Shown in pieces: positions 42,062-52,353 of a DNA stretch of 64,000 bases. The notes below the pieces were generated by a model. The model saw only the letters and a program-made list of their open reading frames with translations. It was not told the DNA's origin and ran no database searches. Position 1 is the stretch's first letter; the number at the start of each line of letters is the position of its first letter. The position numbers and the translations under genes are program-made. Origin of the DNA: Candidatus Latescibacterota bacterium (lineage in GTDB: Bacteria > Latescibacterota > UBA2968 > UBA8231); the NCBI GenBank assembly GCA_965243025.1, contig CBDETY010000003.1, positions 4,544,001 to 4,608,000 on the forward strand, given 5' to 3'.

Positions 42062-43759
42062 CTACCTGATAAGGGCGATCTTCCCCCTCTGTGACAGCCC
42101 CCCTCCCCGCAGCCTGTAAAGATAGATTCCGCTCGCCAGATGCGCAGGTGGACGCCAGCGCAGGGCCCGATGCCTGCCGGTGTAGCGCCCCGCTTCGAGG
42201 CGCTGGTTCGCGAGGCCTACGAGCTGGCCGGCGGCGGTGAAAATGCTGACCTCGATCTCGTCGGGGGAAGCGAGCTCGACCGGGAAGTAGAGCGCCGGCT
42301 CCGAGGCGCCGCTGTAATGCAAGGGATTGGGGAACGGCGCGTGGGCGAGGCTGCGCGGCGGCAGCTCGATCTCCACCCCGCTGGCAGCCAGCGCGTCGAC
42401 CAGTCCCCAGCCGTAGGTGGTGTCCGGGCCGGCATCCCCGAGGTCGCGCGCCGTACCCCTGAGGGCGGCGGCGACGTCGGCCGGGGTCCAGCCCGGATGG
42501 ATCTGCCTGAGGAGGGCGGCCGCCCCGCTGACCAGGGGAGCGGCGAAGGAAGTGCCCCGACTGCGCCGGTAGCCGCTGAACGAATCCTCCGACTCCTGCC
42601 GGGTGGTATCGACGACGACGATGCCGGTGCCGGGAGCGACGACGTCCGGCTTGATGCGGCCGTCAGCGGTCGGTCCCCTGGAGCTGAAAGGCGCGATCGC
42701 CTCCTGCCCGAGCTCCACGGCGCCGACGGCGATCACGTTCGCCCCGTCCGCGGGCACGGTGACGTAGCGCCAGGGCTTGTTCCCCTCGTTGCCGGCGGCG
42801 GAGACGACGACGATGCCCCGCGAGACGGCGATCTCCGCGGCGATCGTGGCCAGGGCGGTGCGGCCGTCGAGGTCCTCGAACAGGTACCCGGTACCGTCGT
42901 CGAACTGGTTGTACCCCACCGACGAGCTGACGACGTCGGCGCCGAGGCTGTCGGCCCACTCGATCCCGGCGACCCAGAAGTCCTCCTCGACCGGCAGCTC
43001 CCGCCGGACGTCCTCCGTGGTCGCCAGCAGGTACTCGGCGTGGGGGGCGGCGCCGAGCAGGTTTCCCGGGTCCCAGGCGGCCAGCACCGACAGCACCTGC
43101 GTGCCGTGGTTGCTCCCGCGCGGCAAAGGTCCCGGCTCCCCGGCAGCGGCGGCCCCGTTGACGAAGTCGCGCTCGGCGACGACGTCGAGGTGGGCGAAGG
43201 CCCGGTGGCCCCGGTCGGGAAAGCCGGCGTCGAGCAGGGCTACGCGGATCCCCTGCCCGGTGAATCCCTCGTTGTGCAGGGCGACGACCCCGATGCTCGA
43301 GAGCTGCTCGAATCCCGGACCGTACCCGTCTCCGGCCCGCTTGGGGGAAACCGGGGGTACCGCCCCGGGAGCCGGCGGCGGCGGCCGCGCTCCCCGGCGC
43401 ACCGGCGCGGTCTCGCGCACGAAGGGAAGGGCGGCCAGGAGCTCCAGCTGTTCCGGGGCCGCGTCGACGCTGACGGCGTTGAACCAGCGCGAGCAGGTGC
43501 GGACGGCGGCGCCGGCGGCGCGGATGGCGTCGAGGTACTCCCCGTCGACGTCGAGGTCGAGCCGCGGCGAGGGCTGCAGCGCCCCCGGCCGGGGCCAGTC
43601 GAGGCGGCGGTCCCCGGCGGGCTTGTCGCGCAGGAACACCCAGACGCTTTCGACGGGCGGCGCGGAGTCGGCGGGAAAGGCGGGCCCGGCCGTCGCCATG
43701 GCCGCCATCAGCACCGGAAGCAACAGCGGCGGCCGCAGGGCGCTGAATGGAGGGGACAT
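42062..43759 (-). CDS. S8 subtilisin-like serine peptidase with FlgD/T9SS-like C-terminal domain
   Basis: Catalytic D (VALLDAG), H (HGT), N (AAGNEG), S (GTSFAAP); tail PFPNP...ASGIYLYRL...KIALIR. Start approximate. Confidence 0.88.
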   Translation of the reverse strand: MSPPFSALRPPLLLPVLMAAMATAGPAFPADSAPPVESVWVFLRDKPAGDRRLDWPRPGALQPSPRLDLDVDGEYLDAIRAAGAAVRTCSRWFNAVSVDAAPEQLELLAALPFVRETAPVRRGARPPPPAPGAVPPVSPKRAGDGYGPGFEQLSSIGVVALHNEGFTGQGIRVALLDAGFPDRGHRAFAHLDVVAERDFVNGAAAAGEPGPLPRGSNHGTQVLSVLAAWDPGNLLGAAPHAEYLLATTEDVRRELPVEEDFWVAGIEWADSLGADVVSSSVGYNQFDDGTGYLFEDLDGRTALATIAAEIAVSRGIVVVSAAGNEGNKPWRYVTVPADGANVIAVGAVELGQEAIAPFSSRGPTADGRIKPDVVAPGTGIVVVDTTRQESEDSFSGYRRSRGTSFAAPLVSGAAALLRQIHPGWTPADVAAALRGTARDLGDAGPDTTYGWGLVDALAASGVEIELPPRSLAHAPFPNPLHYSGASEPALYFPVELASPDEIEVSIFTAAGQLVGLANQRLEAGRYTGRHRALRWRPPAHLASGIYLYRLRGGGLSQRGKIALIR

Positions 43760-43881
43760 TCCGTGTGCCGTTCTGCCCGGCGCGGCGCCAGGACCTGGTG
43801 TCCGGCCCCGGGAACCGGGCGGGGAAGTCCGGCCGTCCCGGCCCCCGGCTCGCAAGGCTCCCGGTCCCGGCGTCCCCGGAG

Positions 43882-44544
43882 TCAGGGTTCCCGCGTCCTG
43901 AAAGTCCGGCGGTCGATCACGTCGACGCCTGGCGGGGCCTCGAACAGGAACAGGTCGTCGTCGAGCTTCTTGTCGAGCTTGTGGTCCTCGAGAAGGTAGG
44001 TGCGCAGGTCGCCGTTCTCCTCGAGCTGCTCGATCTGCAGCAGCTGCCAGCGCCGCTTGTCCACCCAGACCTCCATCCTTTCGATGCGGCCCCCTTCCCC
44101 GGCGGTCCCCCGCCGCAGCGGCTGCAGGACGACGGCGTAGCAGGAGCGCCCCGACAGCTCGGTCTCCCGGATCGAAACCGGGGTGAAGCTCTCGGTGTAG
44201 TCGACGAGGATCTCCCACGGAGTCTGCAGGCCGGCGTCGTAGTCGCTGACGATCACCTGCCTGTTCTGCCCGCTGTAGGCCCAGATCGAGCGCCCGTCGG
44301 CGACGACGAGGTCCTCTCCCACCTCGACGCGGAACTTCCCCGGCTTGCGCGTGTAGATCCGGCCCTTCTGGGTCAGCCGCTTGTCGAGGACGGCCCAGTA
44401 GAAGCGCTTCTCGAAGCGGGCGGAAAAGCTCTTCGATTTCGCCAGCCGCTTCTGCATGCGCTCGATGACCTCCGCCCCGTTCACGGCAGCGGCGGGAGCG
44501 GCGGACAGCGCCAGCAGGCACGCCAGCAGCGCGGGAAGGAGCAT
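43882..44544 (-). CDS. lolA: outer-membrane lipoprotein carrier protein
   Basis: Signal peptide, FSARF, KPGKFR, VADGRSIWAY, F.F.APPGVDVID; follows ftsK. Confidence 0.85.
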   Translation of the reverse strand: MLLPALLACLLALSAAPAAAVNGAEVIERMQKRLAKSKSFSARFEKRFYWAVLDKRLTQKGRIYTRKPGKFRVEVGEDLVVADGRSIWAYSGQNRQVIVSDYDAGLQTPWEILVDYTESFTPVSIRETELSGRSCYAVVLQPLRRGTAGEGGRIERMEVWVDKRRWQLLQIEQLEENGDLRTYLLEDHKLDKKLDDDLFLFEAPPGVDVIDRRTFRTREP

Positions 44545-44552
44545 GGCCGCGG

Positions 44553-47072
44553 CTATCCCGCCGCTTCCTCCTCTTCCAGGGCGGCGGCGGCCTCGGCGAG
44601 GCTCGGCCCCTGGTCCTCGACCAGGATCTGCCTCGGCCTGGCTCCCGATGCGGGTCCGACAATGCCGGCGGATTCGAGCTCGTCCATCAGGCGGGCGGCG
44701 CGGGAGTAGCCGATCTTCATGCGCCGCTGGAGGAAGGAGGTCGACGCCTGCCGGTGGACGATGACGGTGCGCACCGCTTCGTCGAACAGCTCGTCCCGTT
44801 CGTCGGCTTCCGCGTCGCAATCGGTACGGCCGAAGAAGACCTCGACCTCCTCGGCCTCGTACCCGCAGGACTGGATCGAGGCGACCAGGCGCTCGGTCTC
44901 CTCACCGGAAATGAAGGCGCCGTGAATCCGGATCGGCTCTCCCTGTCCCCCGGGCAGGAAGAGCATGTCCCCCCTGCCCAGGAGGCGCTCGGCGCCGTTC
45001 ATGTCGAGGATGGTGCGGGAGTCGGTCTTCGACGCCACCTGGAAGCCGATGCGCGACGGGAAGTTCGCCTTGATGACCCCGGTGATCACGTTGACCGAGG
45101 GGCGCTGGGTCGCCAGGATGATGTGGAGCCCCACCGCCCTCGATTTCTGGGCGAGGCTCATCAGCGACGTCTCGACGTCGGCCGGGGCGGTGATCATCAG
45201 GTCGGCGAACTCGTCGACGACGATGACGATGTAAGGAAGGGGTCTGGGCCGGTCGTCGGGGGGAGCTTCGTCATCGGCGAGGTTCTCCACCTTGCGGTTG
45301 TAGTCGGCGAGGTTGCGGACGCCGAGCTTGGCCAGCAGCTGGTAGCGCGACTCCATTTCGGCGACCGCCCACTTGAGCGCTTCGGAGGCTTTCTTCGGCT
45401 CGGTCACCACCGGCACCAGCAGGTGCGGAATGTCGTTGTACACGGTCAGCTCGACGACCTTCGGGTCGACCATCAGCAGGCGCACCTGGTCCGGGGTCGC
45501 CTTGAAGAGGATGCTCGAAACCAGGCTGTTGATGCAGACGCTCTTCCCCGAACCGGTGGCGCCGGCGACGAGCAGGTGGGGCATACGGGCGAGATCGGCG
45601 ATCAGGGGCTCTCCGGAAATGGTCTTTCCCAGTGCCATCGGCAGGGTCGCGGTGCAGTTGCGGAACTCCGCGGACTCGACGATCTCCCGCAGGTAGACGG
45701 TCTCCTGCTTCTGGTTGGCGATCTCCACGCCGACCACCGATCTGCCGGGAACGGGCGCCTGGATGCGGATCCCCTTGGCGCTCATGACGCGGGCGAGGTC
45801 GTCGGACAGGGTGACGATGCGGTTGACCTTGACGCCGGGGGCCGGCTCCACCTCGTAGCGGGTAACCACCGGTCCGGGACTCACCTGGGTGACTTTCCCG
45901 GTGACGTCGAAGTTCCCCATCGCCTCCTCGAGCATCCTGGCGTTCTCCAGGAACTGGTCCCGCTCCATTCCCCGGCGGGCGCGCGGCAGCGGATCGAGCA
46001 GGTCCAGGGGGGGAATGCGGTAGGAACCGCCGTCCTGCGGGGGGGAACCGGGTTTCCCGGCCACCGCCGGCGCGCTCCTGGCAGGAGTCGACGCAGGAGC
46101 CGCTTTCCCCCTGGCCGGCTGCCGCGCCGCGCTCTTTTCCGGCCTCCTTGCGGCGGCAGGGGAGCCGGCTGCGCCGCCGTTCGGCCCGACTCCCGCGGAT
46201 CTCCCGCCATTGCCGGAACGGAGGCCGCCGCGGTCGGGCGAGGCCGTCGGCTCCACGACAACCGGCTCTGCGGGAGGCTCGTGAACCGGCTCGACGGGAC
46301 GCTCTTCGACCGGTTCGGGGGCGCGCTCCCGGACCAGGGCGGGTACATGCACCGGGGTCTGGTCTCCCCCGGCCCTCCCGGGACCGGCTGCCTGGGCCGG
46401 TTCCGGCAGCCGCCGGATATCCCGCACCGGCACCGCTTCTTCCTCCGCAACCGTCTCGACCTTGGCGTACGCCCGCGGGCGGCGGCGGAACGGGCGGGAA
46501 AACCACCTGCCAGCGGCCCTGACCGCGGCCGCGGCAAACCTTGCCGGGGCCAGGAAGTGCCGCCCCCGCAGGTCCGTGCCGACCAGGAGGGAAGCGACAA
46601 GCAGCGCCGACAGCAGCACGACGGAACCGGGGCGGCCGAGGTAGGGAATCAGCAGGCGGGAGCTCATCTCGGTGCCGAAAAACCCACCCATCTCGAAGGC
46701 GACGCGGCTCGAGTAGTGCGGCAGTCCGGCGGCGACGCTGGCAATCAGGGCCAACCCCGCCATGCCCGCCGAGCGCCTCACCCCGGCGCGCGCAGGCTGC
46801 CCGGTGAGTCGGTGCCACCCCCAGAACAGGCCCAGGACCGGCAGGACGTAGGCGGCGCAGCCGACGGCGTTGAGAGCGCCCCAGGAAAACCAGGCGCCGA
46901 TTCTGCCTCCCCAGTTGTAGCTCTCCACCGGCTCCCGGGTCGAGGCCGGGGGGTCGAACTCCGAATGGGTCGCCAGGCTGATCAGAAGGAAGACGCCGAG
47001 GGCCGCCAGCAGGACACCGCTGACATGGGCTCGCCTTTCCCGGGAGACAAAGCGATCCGCGGTTGCTGCCAT
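44553..47072 (-). CDS. ftsK: DNA translocase FtsK
   Basis: 4TM N-terminus, PHLLVAGATGSGKS, DEFADLM, LATQRPSV, gamma domain QRRMKIGYSRAARL. Confidence 0.96.
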   Translation of the reverse strand: MAATADRFVSRERRAHVSGVLLAALGVFLLISLATHSEFDPPASTREPVESYNWGGRIGAWFSWGALNAVGCAAYVLPVLGLFWGWHRLTGQPARAGVRRSAGMAGLALIASVAAGLPHYSSRVAFEMGGFFGTEMSSRLLIPYLGRPGSVVLLSALLVASLLVGTDLRGRHFLAPARFAAAAVRAAGRWFSRPFRRRPRAYAKVETVAEEEAVPVRDIRRLPEPAQAAGPGRAGGDQTPVHVPALVRERAPEPVEERPVEPVHEPPAEPVVVEPTASPDRGGLRSGNGGRSAGVGPNGGAAGSPAAARRPEKSAARQPARGKAAPASTPARSAPAVAGKPGSPPQDGGSYRIPPLDLLDPLPRARRGMERDQFLENARMLEEAMGNFDVTGKVTQVSPGPVVTRYEVEPAPGVKVNRIVTLSDDLARVMSAKGIRIQAPVPGRSVVGVEIANQKQETVYLREIVESAEFRNCTATLPMALGKTISGEPLIADLARMPHLLVAGATGSGKSVCINSLVSSILFKATPDQVRLLMVDPKVVELTVYNDIPHLLVPVVTEPKKASEALKWAVAEMESRYQLLAKLGVRNLADYNRKVENLADDEAPPDDRPRPLPYIVIVVDEFADLMITAPADVETSLMSLAQKSRAVGLHIILATQRPSVNVITGVIKANFPSRIGFQVASKTDSRTILDMNGAERLLGRGDMLFLPGGQGEPIRIHGAFISGEETERLVASIQSCGYEAEEVEVFFGRTDCDAEADERDELFDEAVRTVIVHRQASTSFLQRRMKIGYSRAARLMDELESAGIVGPASGARPRQILVEDQGPSLAEAAAALEEEEAAG

Positions 47073-47267
47073 TCCGCACTACTCCGTCGATGAATTTCGG
47101 GACAGGGGAAGCGGGAATTCCGGCTCGCCGGAACGGGGAGAGACAACCCTGCAGGAGACGCGGTGTCGGGGGTTGCGCCTCTGAGTCCCCGGGGATGGGG
47201 CGGGGGTTGTTGCGGCACCCCGAAAGGTACGCAGAACCGCGGATGTTCGCACCGGGCCGGCGCCGAA

Positions 47268-49445
47268 TCAGAGCATGCCGCCGCGCTTGCGCAGCACCCA
47301 CTCGGCGGCGAGAGCGGCGACCAGGACCGCCAGGACCCACGACCTGCCCCAGGGCTCGAACCTCGTGGTCTCGGAAACCAGGCGCGGCGGCGTCTCGAGG
47401 CGCTCCAGGGCGGCGCTCCAATCCTCCGCCTCCACGAACTCACCTCCGCTGGCCTCGGCCACCCGGCGCAGCAGCCGGTGGTCGGGGCGCACGTCGGAAG
47501 CCTCGAGGGAGTAGGCGTCGACGACGAACTCCACCGAATCCCTGCCGACTTTCCCGCCGTTCCAGCGGGCCTCGGCGGCGACGGTGTGGGTGCCGACTTC
47601 GAGCCCCGTCCAGACGCCCCGGTGGCGCCCGTCGCCATGGGGTTGCAGGATCTTGGGCGAGCGGCCGGCAACGGCCGCGGTGACCTCGGCGCCGGGCAGG
47701 GGGCGCATCAGCTCGTCGAAGACCGCCACGTACACGGCCACCTCCTCGCCGCTGCGGTACACGGGCCGCTCCGGGGCTGCCCGCACCCTGCCGCCGCGCC
47801 GCGCCTCGGCCAGCCATTTCACCGAGTTCCTCCAGAACTCGCGGATCGACTCCGGGTTTTCGCCGGCGCCGGAGGCGGCGAAGTCCAGTCTCCAGAAGCC
47901 GGTGCCGACCGCGGCGATCACCCTGCCGCCGGCGTGCATCCCCCAGGCGACCACCGGCACCCCGCCGGATTCGAGCAGCACCTCGCTGCCCGGCTTCGGC
48001 TGCAGGCCGGGGAGGACGCCGGAGACCGGCGGCAGCCGCGTCCAGGCGGCGGCGGAAAGGCCCCGGGAACCGGAACCGTTCTCCGGAGCGGCGGCGCCGG
48101 AACCGACCAGCAGGACCGGGTGGCCGCGCCCGGCCGCGGTCAGGGCAACCGCCGCCGGCCCCGCCTTCAACGCCGCCCCCCGCGGGAGCGACAGGGGCAG
48201 CCAGCGGGCCGCCCGGGAGCCGGGTTCCAAGCCCTCGAGGCTCCCGGGGCCCACCACCATCAGCAGGCCGTTCCCGCCTTCCAGGTGCCGGGCGACCGCC
48301 CCGGAGATGCCCTCGAGGAGCTGCCGCGGCGGATCCACCAGGACCAGCACGTCCGCCGCCCCGATTCTCTCGGCGGCCGCCGCGAAAGAGACGCCGCCGT
48401 AGAACTCCCCTTCGTTTCTGAGAACCGCGGAATTCACCGCCAGCGTCGAGTCGGCCAGAAGGGCGCGCAGGGGAAAGACCAGCTCGGGCCCGGGGGCCCC
48501 GGCGAAAACCTCGACGCGCACCCGGTCAGGCTGCACGGTCACCGGCAGCAGCTGGCGGTTGTTGGCGCGGCTGAACTCCCCCGGCAGCGCCGGCAGGGAA
48601 ACCTCGTAGAGCCTGGGGCCGGCCGCGGCGGGAACATGGCTCAGCTCGAAGGAGCCGGGCTGCCCCCCGGGGGGGACGGCGGCTTCGACGGCGGCCAGCT
48701 CGCGGCCGTTCTCGCTCAATCTCACGGTCACCGGCCCGTCCACTCCCCAGCCGCGGATTTGGACGCGGACCGGGAAGGGCTGGCCGACGAACGCGGTGGC
48801 AGGGGCCTCGGCCGACAGGATCTGCACGTCCCGGGGCTGTTCGGACTCCGAGCCGATGCCCACGGCATGCACCGGCACCCCCAGCTCCCCGGCCACGGCG
48901 ACCGGGTCGGCCCCGGAATTGTGGGCCCCGTCCGACAGCAGCAGGACCGCGGCAACCTCGTCCTGGCCCGTGCGGCCCTCGACGGCGGCGGCAAGGGCCC
49001 GCGAGATGTCGGTGGCCTCCCCGCGCGTGGCCGCCACCGTATCGAGCGAAACCGGCTCGGCATCGGCGGAGAAGGCGAGCGCCTCGACCCGCACGGCGCG
49101 GCGCAGCCTGGAAAACCGGTCGCCGCGCAGCAGGTCGAGGGCCCTCGAGATTCTCGAGTTCCCTCCCGCCTCGACCGCCATGCTGCGGCTCCTGTCGAGC
49201 AGGGCGGCCAGGACGGGGCGCACCGCCTGCTTGCGGGCGATCTCGAGGAAGGGCTCGGCGATCAGCAGCAGGCAGGCGACGAGGACGGTCCCCCTGAGGA
49301 CGCGGAGAAGCCATGCTCTCCCTCTCGAAGGGGCCGGCAGGGTGCGGGAGTAAACCCAGTACGCGAACGCCAGCAGCGGCGGCACAGCGAGCAGCAGCAG
49401 CCCGCTGCCTTTCCAGCCGGCGTCGATATCCAGCCACTCGCTCAT
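47268..49445 (-). CDS. VWA-domain membrane protein
   Basis: N-terminal TMs, DRSRSM MIDAS, TD, LLSDGAHN, Ig-like segments, C-terminal EWVLRKRGG. Confidence 0.8.
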   Translation of the reverse strand: MSEWLDIDAGWKGSGLLLLAVPPLLAFAYWVYSRTLPAPSRGRAWLLRVLRGTVLVACLLLIAEPFLEIARKQAVRPVLAALLDRSRSMAVEAGGNSRISRALDLLRGDRFSRLRRAVRVEALAFSADAEPVSLDTVAATRGEATDISRALAAAVEGRTGQDEVAAVLLLSDGAHNSGADPVAVAGELGVPVHAVGIGSESEQPRDVQILSAEAPATAFVGQPFPVRVQIRGWGVDGPVTVRLSENGRELAAVEAAVPPGGQPGSFELSHVPAAAGPRLYEVSLPALPGEFSRANNRQLLPVTVQPDRVRVEVFAGAPGPELVFPLRALLADSTLAVNSAVLRNEGEFYGGVSFAAAAERIGAADVLVLVDPPRQLLEGISGAVARHLEGGNGLLMVVGPGSLEGLEPGSRAARWLPLSLPRGAALKAGPAAVALTAAGRGHPVLLVGSGAAAPENGSGSRGLSAAAWTRLPPVSGVLPGLQPKPGSEVLLESGGVPVVAWGMHAGGRVIAAVGTGFWRLDFAASGAGENPESIREFWRNSVKWLAEARRGGRVRAAPERPVYRSGEEVAVYVAVFDELMRPLPGAEVTAAVAGRSPKILQPHGDGRHRGVWTGLEVGTHTVAAEARWNGGKVGRDSVEFVVDAYSLEASDVRPDHRLLRRVAEASGGEFVEAEDWSAALERLETPPRLVSETTRFEPWGRSWVLAVLVAALAAEWVLRKRGGML

Positions 49446-50476
49446 CGGGAGGAGCGGGCGTCAGTCAGCGGAAGGCGCGCCTCGGCGTCGAGGTCGAAAC
49501 CGCCGCGTTCTCCGCGGCGGAGGTGGAAGAGTCCGGCGGCGGCGATCATGGCGGCGTTGTCCGTGCACAGGACGGGCGCCGGGCAGTGAAACTCCCCGCC
49601 GAGGCCGGCGACCCGCTCCTGCAGCGCCGCCCTCAGCGAGGCGTTGGCGGCGACGCCGCCGGCCAGGGCAACCCGGGGGACGCCCAGCTCGGTCACGGCC
49701 CTCGCGGTGCGCTCGACCAGGACGTCGACGACCGCCGCCTGAAAGCTGGCGGCGACGTCGGGAACCGCCCCGGAGATGTCGGGGCTCGACCGCTGCAGCT
49801 CGCGGACGTGGTTGAGAACGGCGGTCTTCAGGCCGCTGAAGCTGAAATCCCAGGTCTCCTTCGCGGCGAGGGCCCGGGGGAACGCGATCGCCTCCGGGTC
49901 GCCCCTCTCCGCCGCTTCGGCGACGACGCGGCCCCCCATGACCATGCGGTCCGGGGGCAGCAGATCGAGCAGCTTGGCGACCTTGTCGAACGCCTCGCCG
50001 GCGGCGTCGTCGAGGGTCTGCCCCAGCAGCTCGTATGCACCGGGGCGCTCGACGAGAACCAGCTCGGTATGCCCCCCTGAAACGAGGAGCGTGAGGAACG
50101 GCGCCTCGATCAGCCGCTCGACCAGGTTGGAGAAGATGTGCCCCTCGAGGTGGTTCACCCCCACGAACGGCTTGCCGAGGGAAAGCGCCATCCCCTTGGC
50201 GGCGTTTACCCCGACGATCAGGGACCCGATGAGGCCGGGCCCCCTGGTCACGGCTATCCCGTCGACGTCTTCCACAGCGACGCCGGCTTCCTCCAGCGCC
50301 GTCTCGATCACGGGAACGATGGCGCGAACGTGGGCGCGCGAGGCCAACTCGGGGACCACCCCGCCGTAGCGGGCGTGGTCCTGCTGCGACCAGATCACGT
50401 TCGAGCGGATCGACGCTTCGTCGACCACCGCCGCCGAGGTCTCGTCGCAGGAGGTTTCGATTCCGAGAACAAGCAT
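49442..50476 (-). CDS. tsaD: tRNA N6-threonylcarbamoyltransferase
   Basis: LGIETSCDETS, GGVVPELASRAH, HLEGH, DDAAGEAFDK, FSFSGLKT, CTDNAAMIA. Confidence 0.97.
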   Translation of the reverse strand: MLVLGIETSCDETSAAVVDEASIRSNVIWSQQDHARYGGVVPELASRAHVRAIVPVIETALEEAGVAVEDVDGIAVTRGPGLIGSLIVGVNAAKGMALSLGKPFVGVNHLEGHIFSNLVERLIEAPFLTLLVSGGHTELVLVERPGAYELLGQTLDDAAGEAFDKVAKLLDLLPPDRMVMGGRVVAEAAERGDPEAIAFPRALAAKETWDFSFSGLKTAVLNHVRELQRSSPDISGAVPDVAASFQAAVVDVLVERTARAVTELGVPRVALAGGVAANASLRAALQERVAGLGGEFHCPAPVLCTDNAAMIAAAGLFHLRRGERGGFDLDAEARLPLTDARSSR

Positions 50477-50482
50477 GACGGG

Positions 50483-51424
50483 TCAGCGCCGGACGAGGGT
50501 CACGAACTCGGGGACGACCTCCCTGATCTCGAAATTCACGGTCTCCCCAGGAAAGACGCCGACGACCTGCCCGGCAACCGGGGCAGCCCCACGGACATCG
50601 GCGAATACATCGATGTCCGATTCGGGATCCAGCCTGCCGATGACGTCGGCGCCGCCCCGGACGCGGACGGTGACCCGCGACGGCCGGGCGGCCAGCCAAC
50701 GCCATCCGGACCCGGGCACCCTCACCGGGACATTGGCGATGTCGTACTCCGCCAGTTCCTGAACGTCGACCCGGACGGTCACGTGATCGGAGCTCATGCG
50801 GATGCGGGATCCCTCGGGCACGGGGATCGGAAGCCTGGCGGTGAAATCCCGGCGGACCCCGGACTGAACCAGTGAATCCGTGTTCAGCGCGGTCAGCTCC
50901 CCGACCTGGGAGGCAGGTCCCGAAACCCGGACCGTCCCGGGAGACACCTCCACCGGTCCGACCTGGGTGTAGGACTCGGCGACCACCACCTCCACCAGCG
51001 CCCGGACCGGCAGGTCGGTCTCGACCAGCTTGTCCATCACCACCTCCACCTCTGTCGGCTCGACGATCTCCTCGACCCGAACGGGCAGGTCCGTTTTGCT
51101 GACCACCTGCTCCGGCACCACTCTGAACTTGCGTCTCACGCCTTCGCGGCCCACCGGAGGCTGAACGCGGACGAGCAGGGCGTCCTCCTCCAGCAGCAAA
51201 AGGTCCTTGCCGCTTCCCGAAACCACCACCACCACCCTGTCGGGTACCGGGTTGGAAACGACGATCGGAGTCCCGTCCCTGGTCGGAGGAGGATCGGCAA
51301 CCTGCAGCCCGATCTCCATTTCCGCCCGGTAGGTCAGTTCGGTGGCGGCGTAAAACCAAACCAGGCAGGCAAGGAGAACCGCCCCCAGCTTCACACCAAG
51401 GTCGCCGAATTGCTGTCTGCTCAA
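50483..51424 (-). CDS. YbbR/CdaR-like protein
   Basis: KL.AVLLACLVWFY TM, then repeated YbbR-like beta domains (P..V.V.G, PSRVTVRVRG). Confidence 0.78.
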   Translation of the reverse strand: MSRQQFGDLGVKLGAVLLACLVWFYAATELTYRAEMEIGLQVADPPPTRDGTPIVVSNPVPDRVVVVVSGSGKDLLLLEEDALLVRVQPPVGREGVRRKFRVVPEQVVSKTDLPVRVEEIVEPTEVEVVMDKLVETDLPVRALVEVVVAESYTQVGPVEVSPGTVRVSGPASQVGELTALNTDSLVQSGVRRDFTARLPIPVPEGSRIRMSSDHVTVRVDVQELAEYDIANVPVRVPGSGWRWLAARPSRVTVRVRGGADVIGRLDPESDIDVFADVRGAAPVAGQVVGVFPGETVNFEIREVVPEFVTLVRR

Positions 51425-51621
51425 TGTTTACCTGCGCATGCACACCGGGCAACCTCACCCGGGCATGCCGCATGTCTGGGGGTGTCTGAAACGCGCGCGG
51501 AGACCCGCGCTCAGGGAGAACCGGCAACCCGGGGCCCGGTTCCGGGATACACCGCCGGCCCCGGCCGAGGCGGGCGCCGTCGGCGAAGCGGGGGGCTGCT
51601 TCCCCGAGGAAGGAAGCGCCC

Positions 51622-51807
51622 CTACTTGTACGCCTCTTTCAATTCCTTGCCGCGGCTCAGCTCTCCGTTGTCTATCCGGATGTGGTATCCGCACTGGGGG
51701 TCGGTGCAGACCCAGGCCTTGTAATGAATCGGGGCTCCGTCCCTTCCGTAATCCGAAAGCGGAACCAGAACGCCCTTCTCGCAGCTGAGGCATTTCGGGG
51801 TTTCCAT
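51622..51807 (-). CDS. small zinc-ribbon protein
   Basis: 61 aa, CLSC...WVCTDPQCGY; strong SD GGAGGGGAGG. Confidence 0.7.
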   Translation of the reverse strand: METPKCLSCEKGVLVPLSDYGRDGAPIHYKAWVCTDPQCGYHIRIDNGELSRGKELKEAYK

Positions 51808-51867
51808 CGGAACCTCCCCTCCCAGTCGGGAAATCAGTGTTGGCCCCGCGCACCTTGCGCGAGGCGG

Positions 51868-52353
51868 TCAGCCGCCGACCTTGCGGTGCGCGGCGTACTC
51901 GAAGACTGCGGCCTCCTGGGCCTCGGTTTCCACCGAGCCGGGCCGGAGGCTGCGGACTCGCTCGAGCGCCTCCAGGGGGGTGAAACCCTGCGCGACGAAA
52001 TAACAGGCCAGCATGGTACCCGTGCGCCCCCGGCCGGCGACGCAGTGAACGAGAACCGCGGCCCCCTCCTCGTTCCTTTCCCTGACGAAATCGACGAACC
52101 GCCGGCAATCTTCAACCGCGGGGGCCGCCATGTCCGCCACCGGCAAATGAAGGTACTGCACCCCGGCAGCATCGATTTCAACCTGGTCGAGCGCCCTTTC
52201 CGTCAGCGACACAAGCGCCCCGATCTTCCCATTGCCGGCCAACTTCAGATCCTCGGCGAGGGTTCCGATCCCGTTGAAAAAGCTCCCGAAGCGGGACCCG
52301 GGCATGCCGCTGGCCGCCAGCTTTCCGGGGATTACCCAGCTGAAGTTGTACAC
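51868..52353 (-). CDS. dual-specificity (Cys-based) protein phosphatase
   Basis: NFSWVIPG.LA, LPVADM.AP, active site HCVAGRGRT, RPGSVET..Q. Confidence 0.9.
   Translation of the reverse strand: MYNFSWVIPGKLAASGMPGSRFGSFFNGIGTLAEDLKLAGNGKIGALVSLTERALDQVEIDAAGVQYLHLPVADMAAPAVEDCRRFVDFVRERNEEGAAVLVHCVAGRGRTGTMLACYFVAQGFTPLEALERVRSLRPGSVETEAQEAAVFEYAAHRKVGG

Noticed and set aside
45960-46500. Pro/Glu/Ala-rich repeats in FtsK
   Set aside because: Ordinary variable FtsK linker.
47080-47265. Possible ncRNA or tRNA upstream of ftsK (CAACCCCCG twice, short hairpins)
   Set aside because: No recognisable cloverleaf or family consensus; an Rfam cmscan would be needed.
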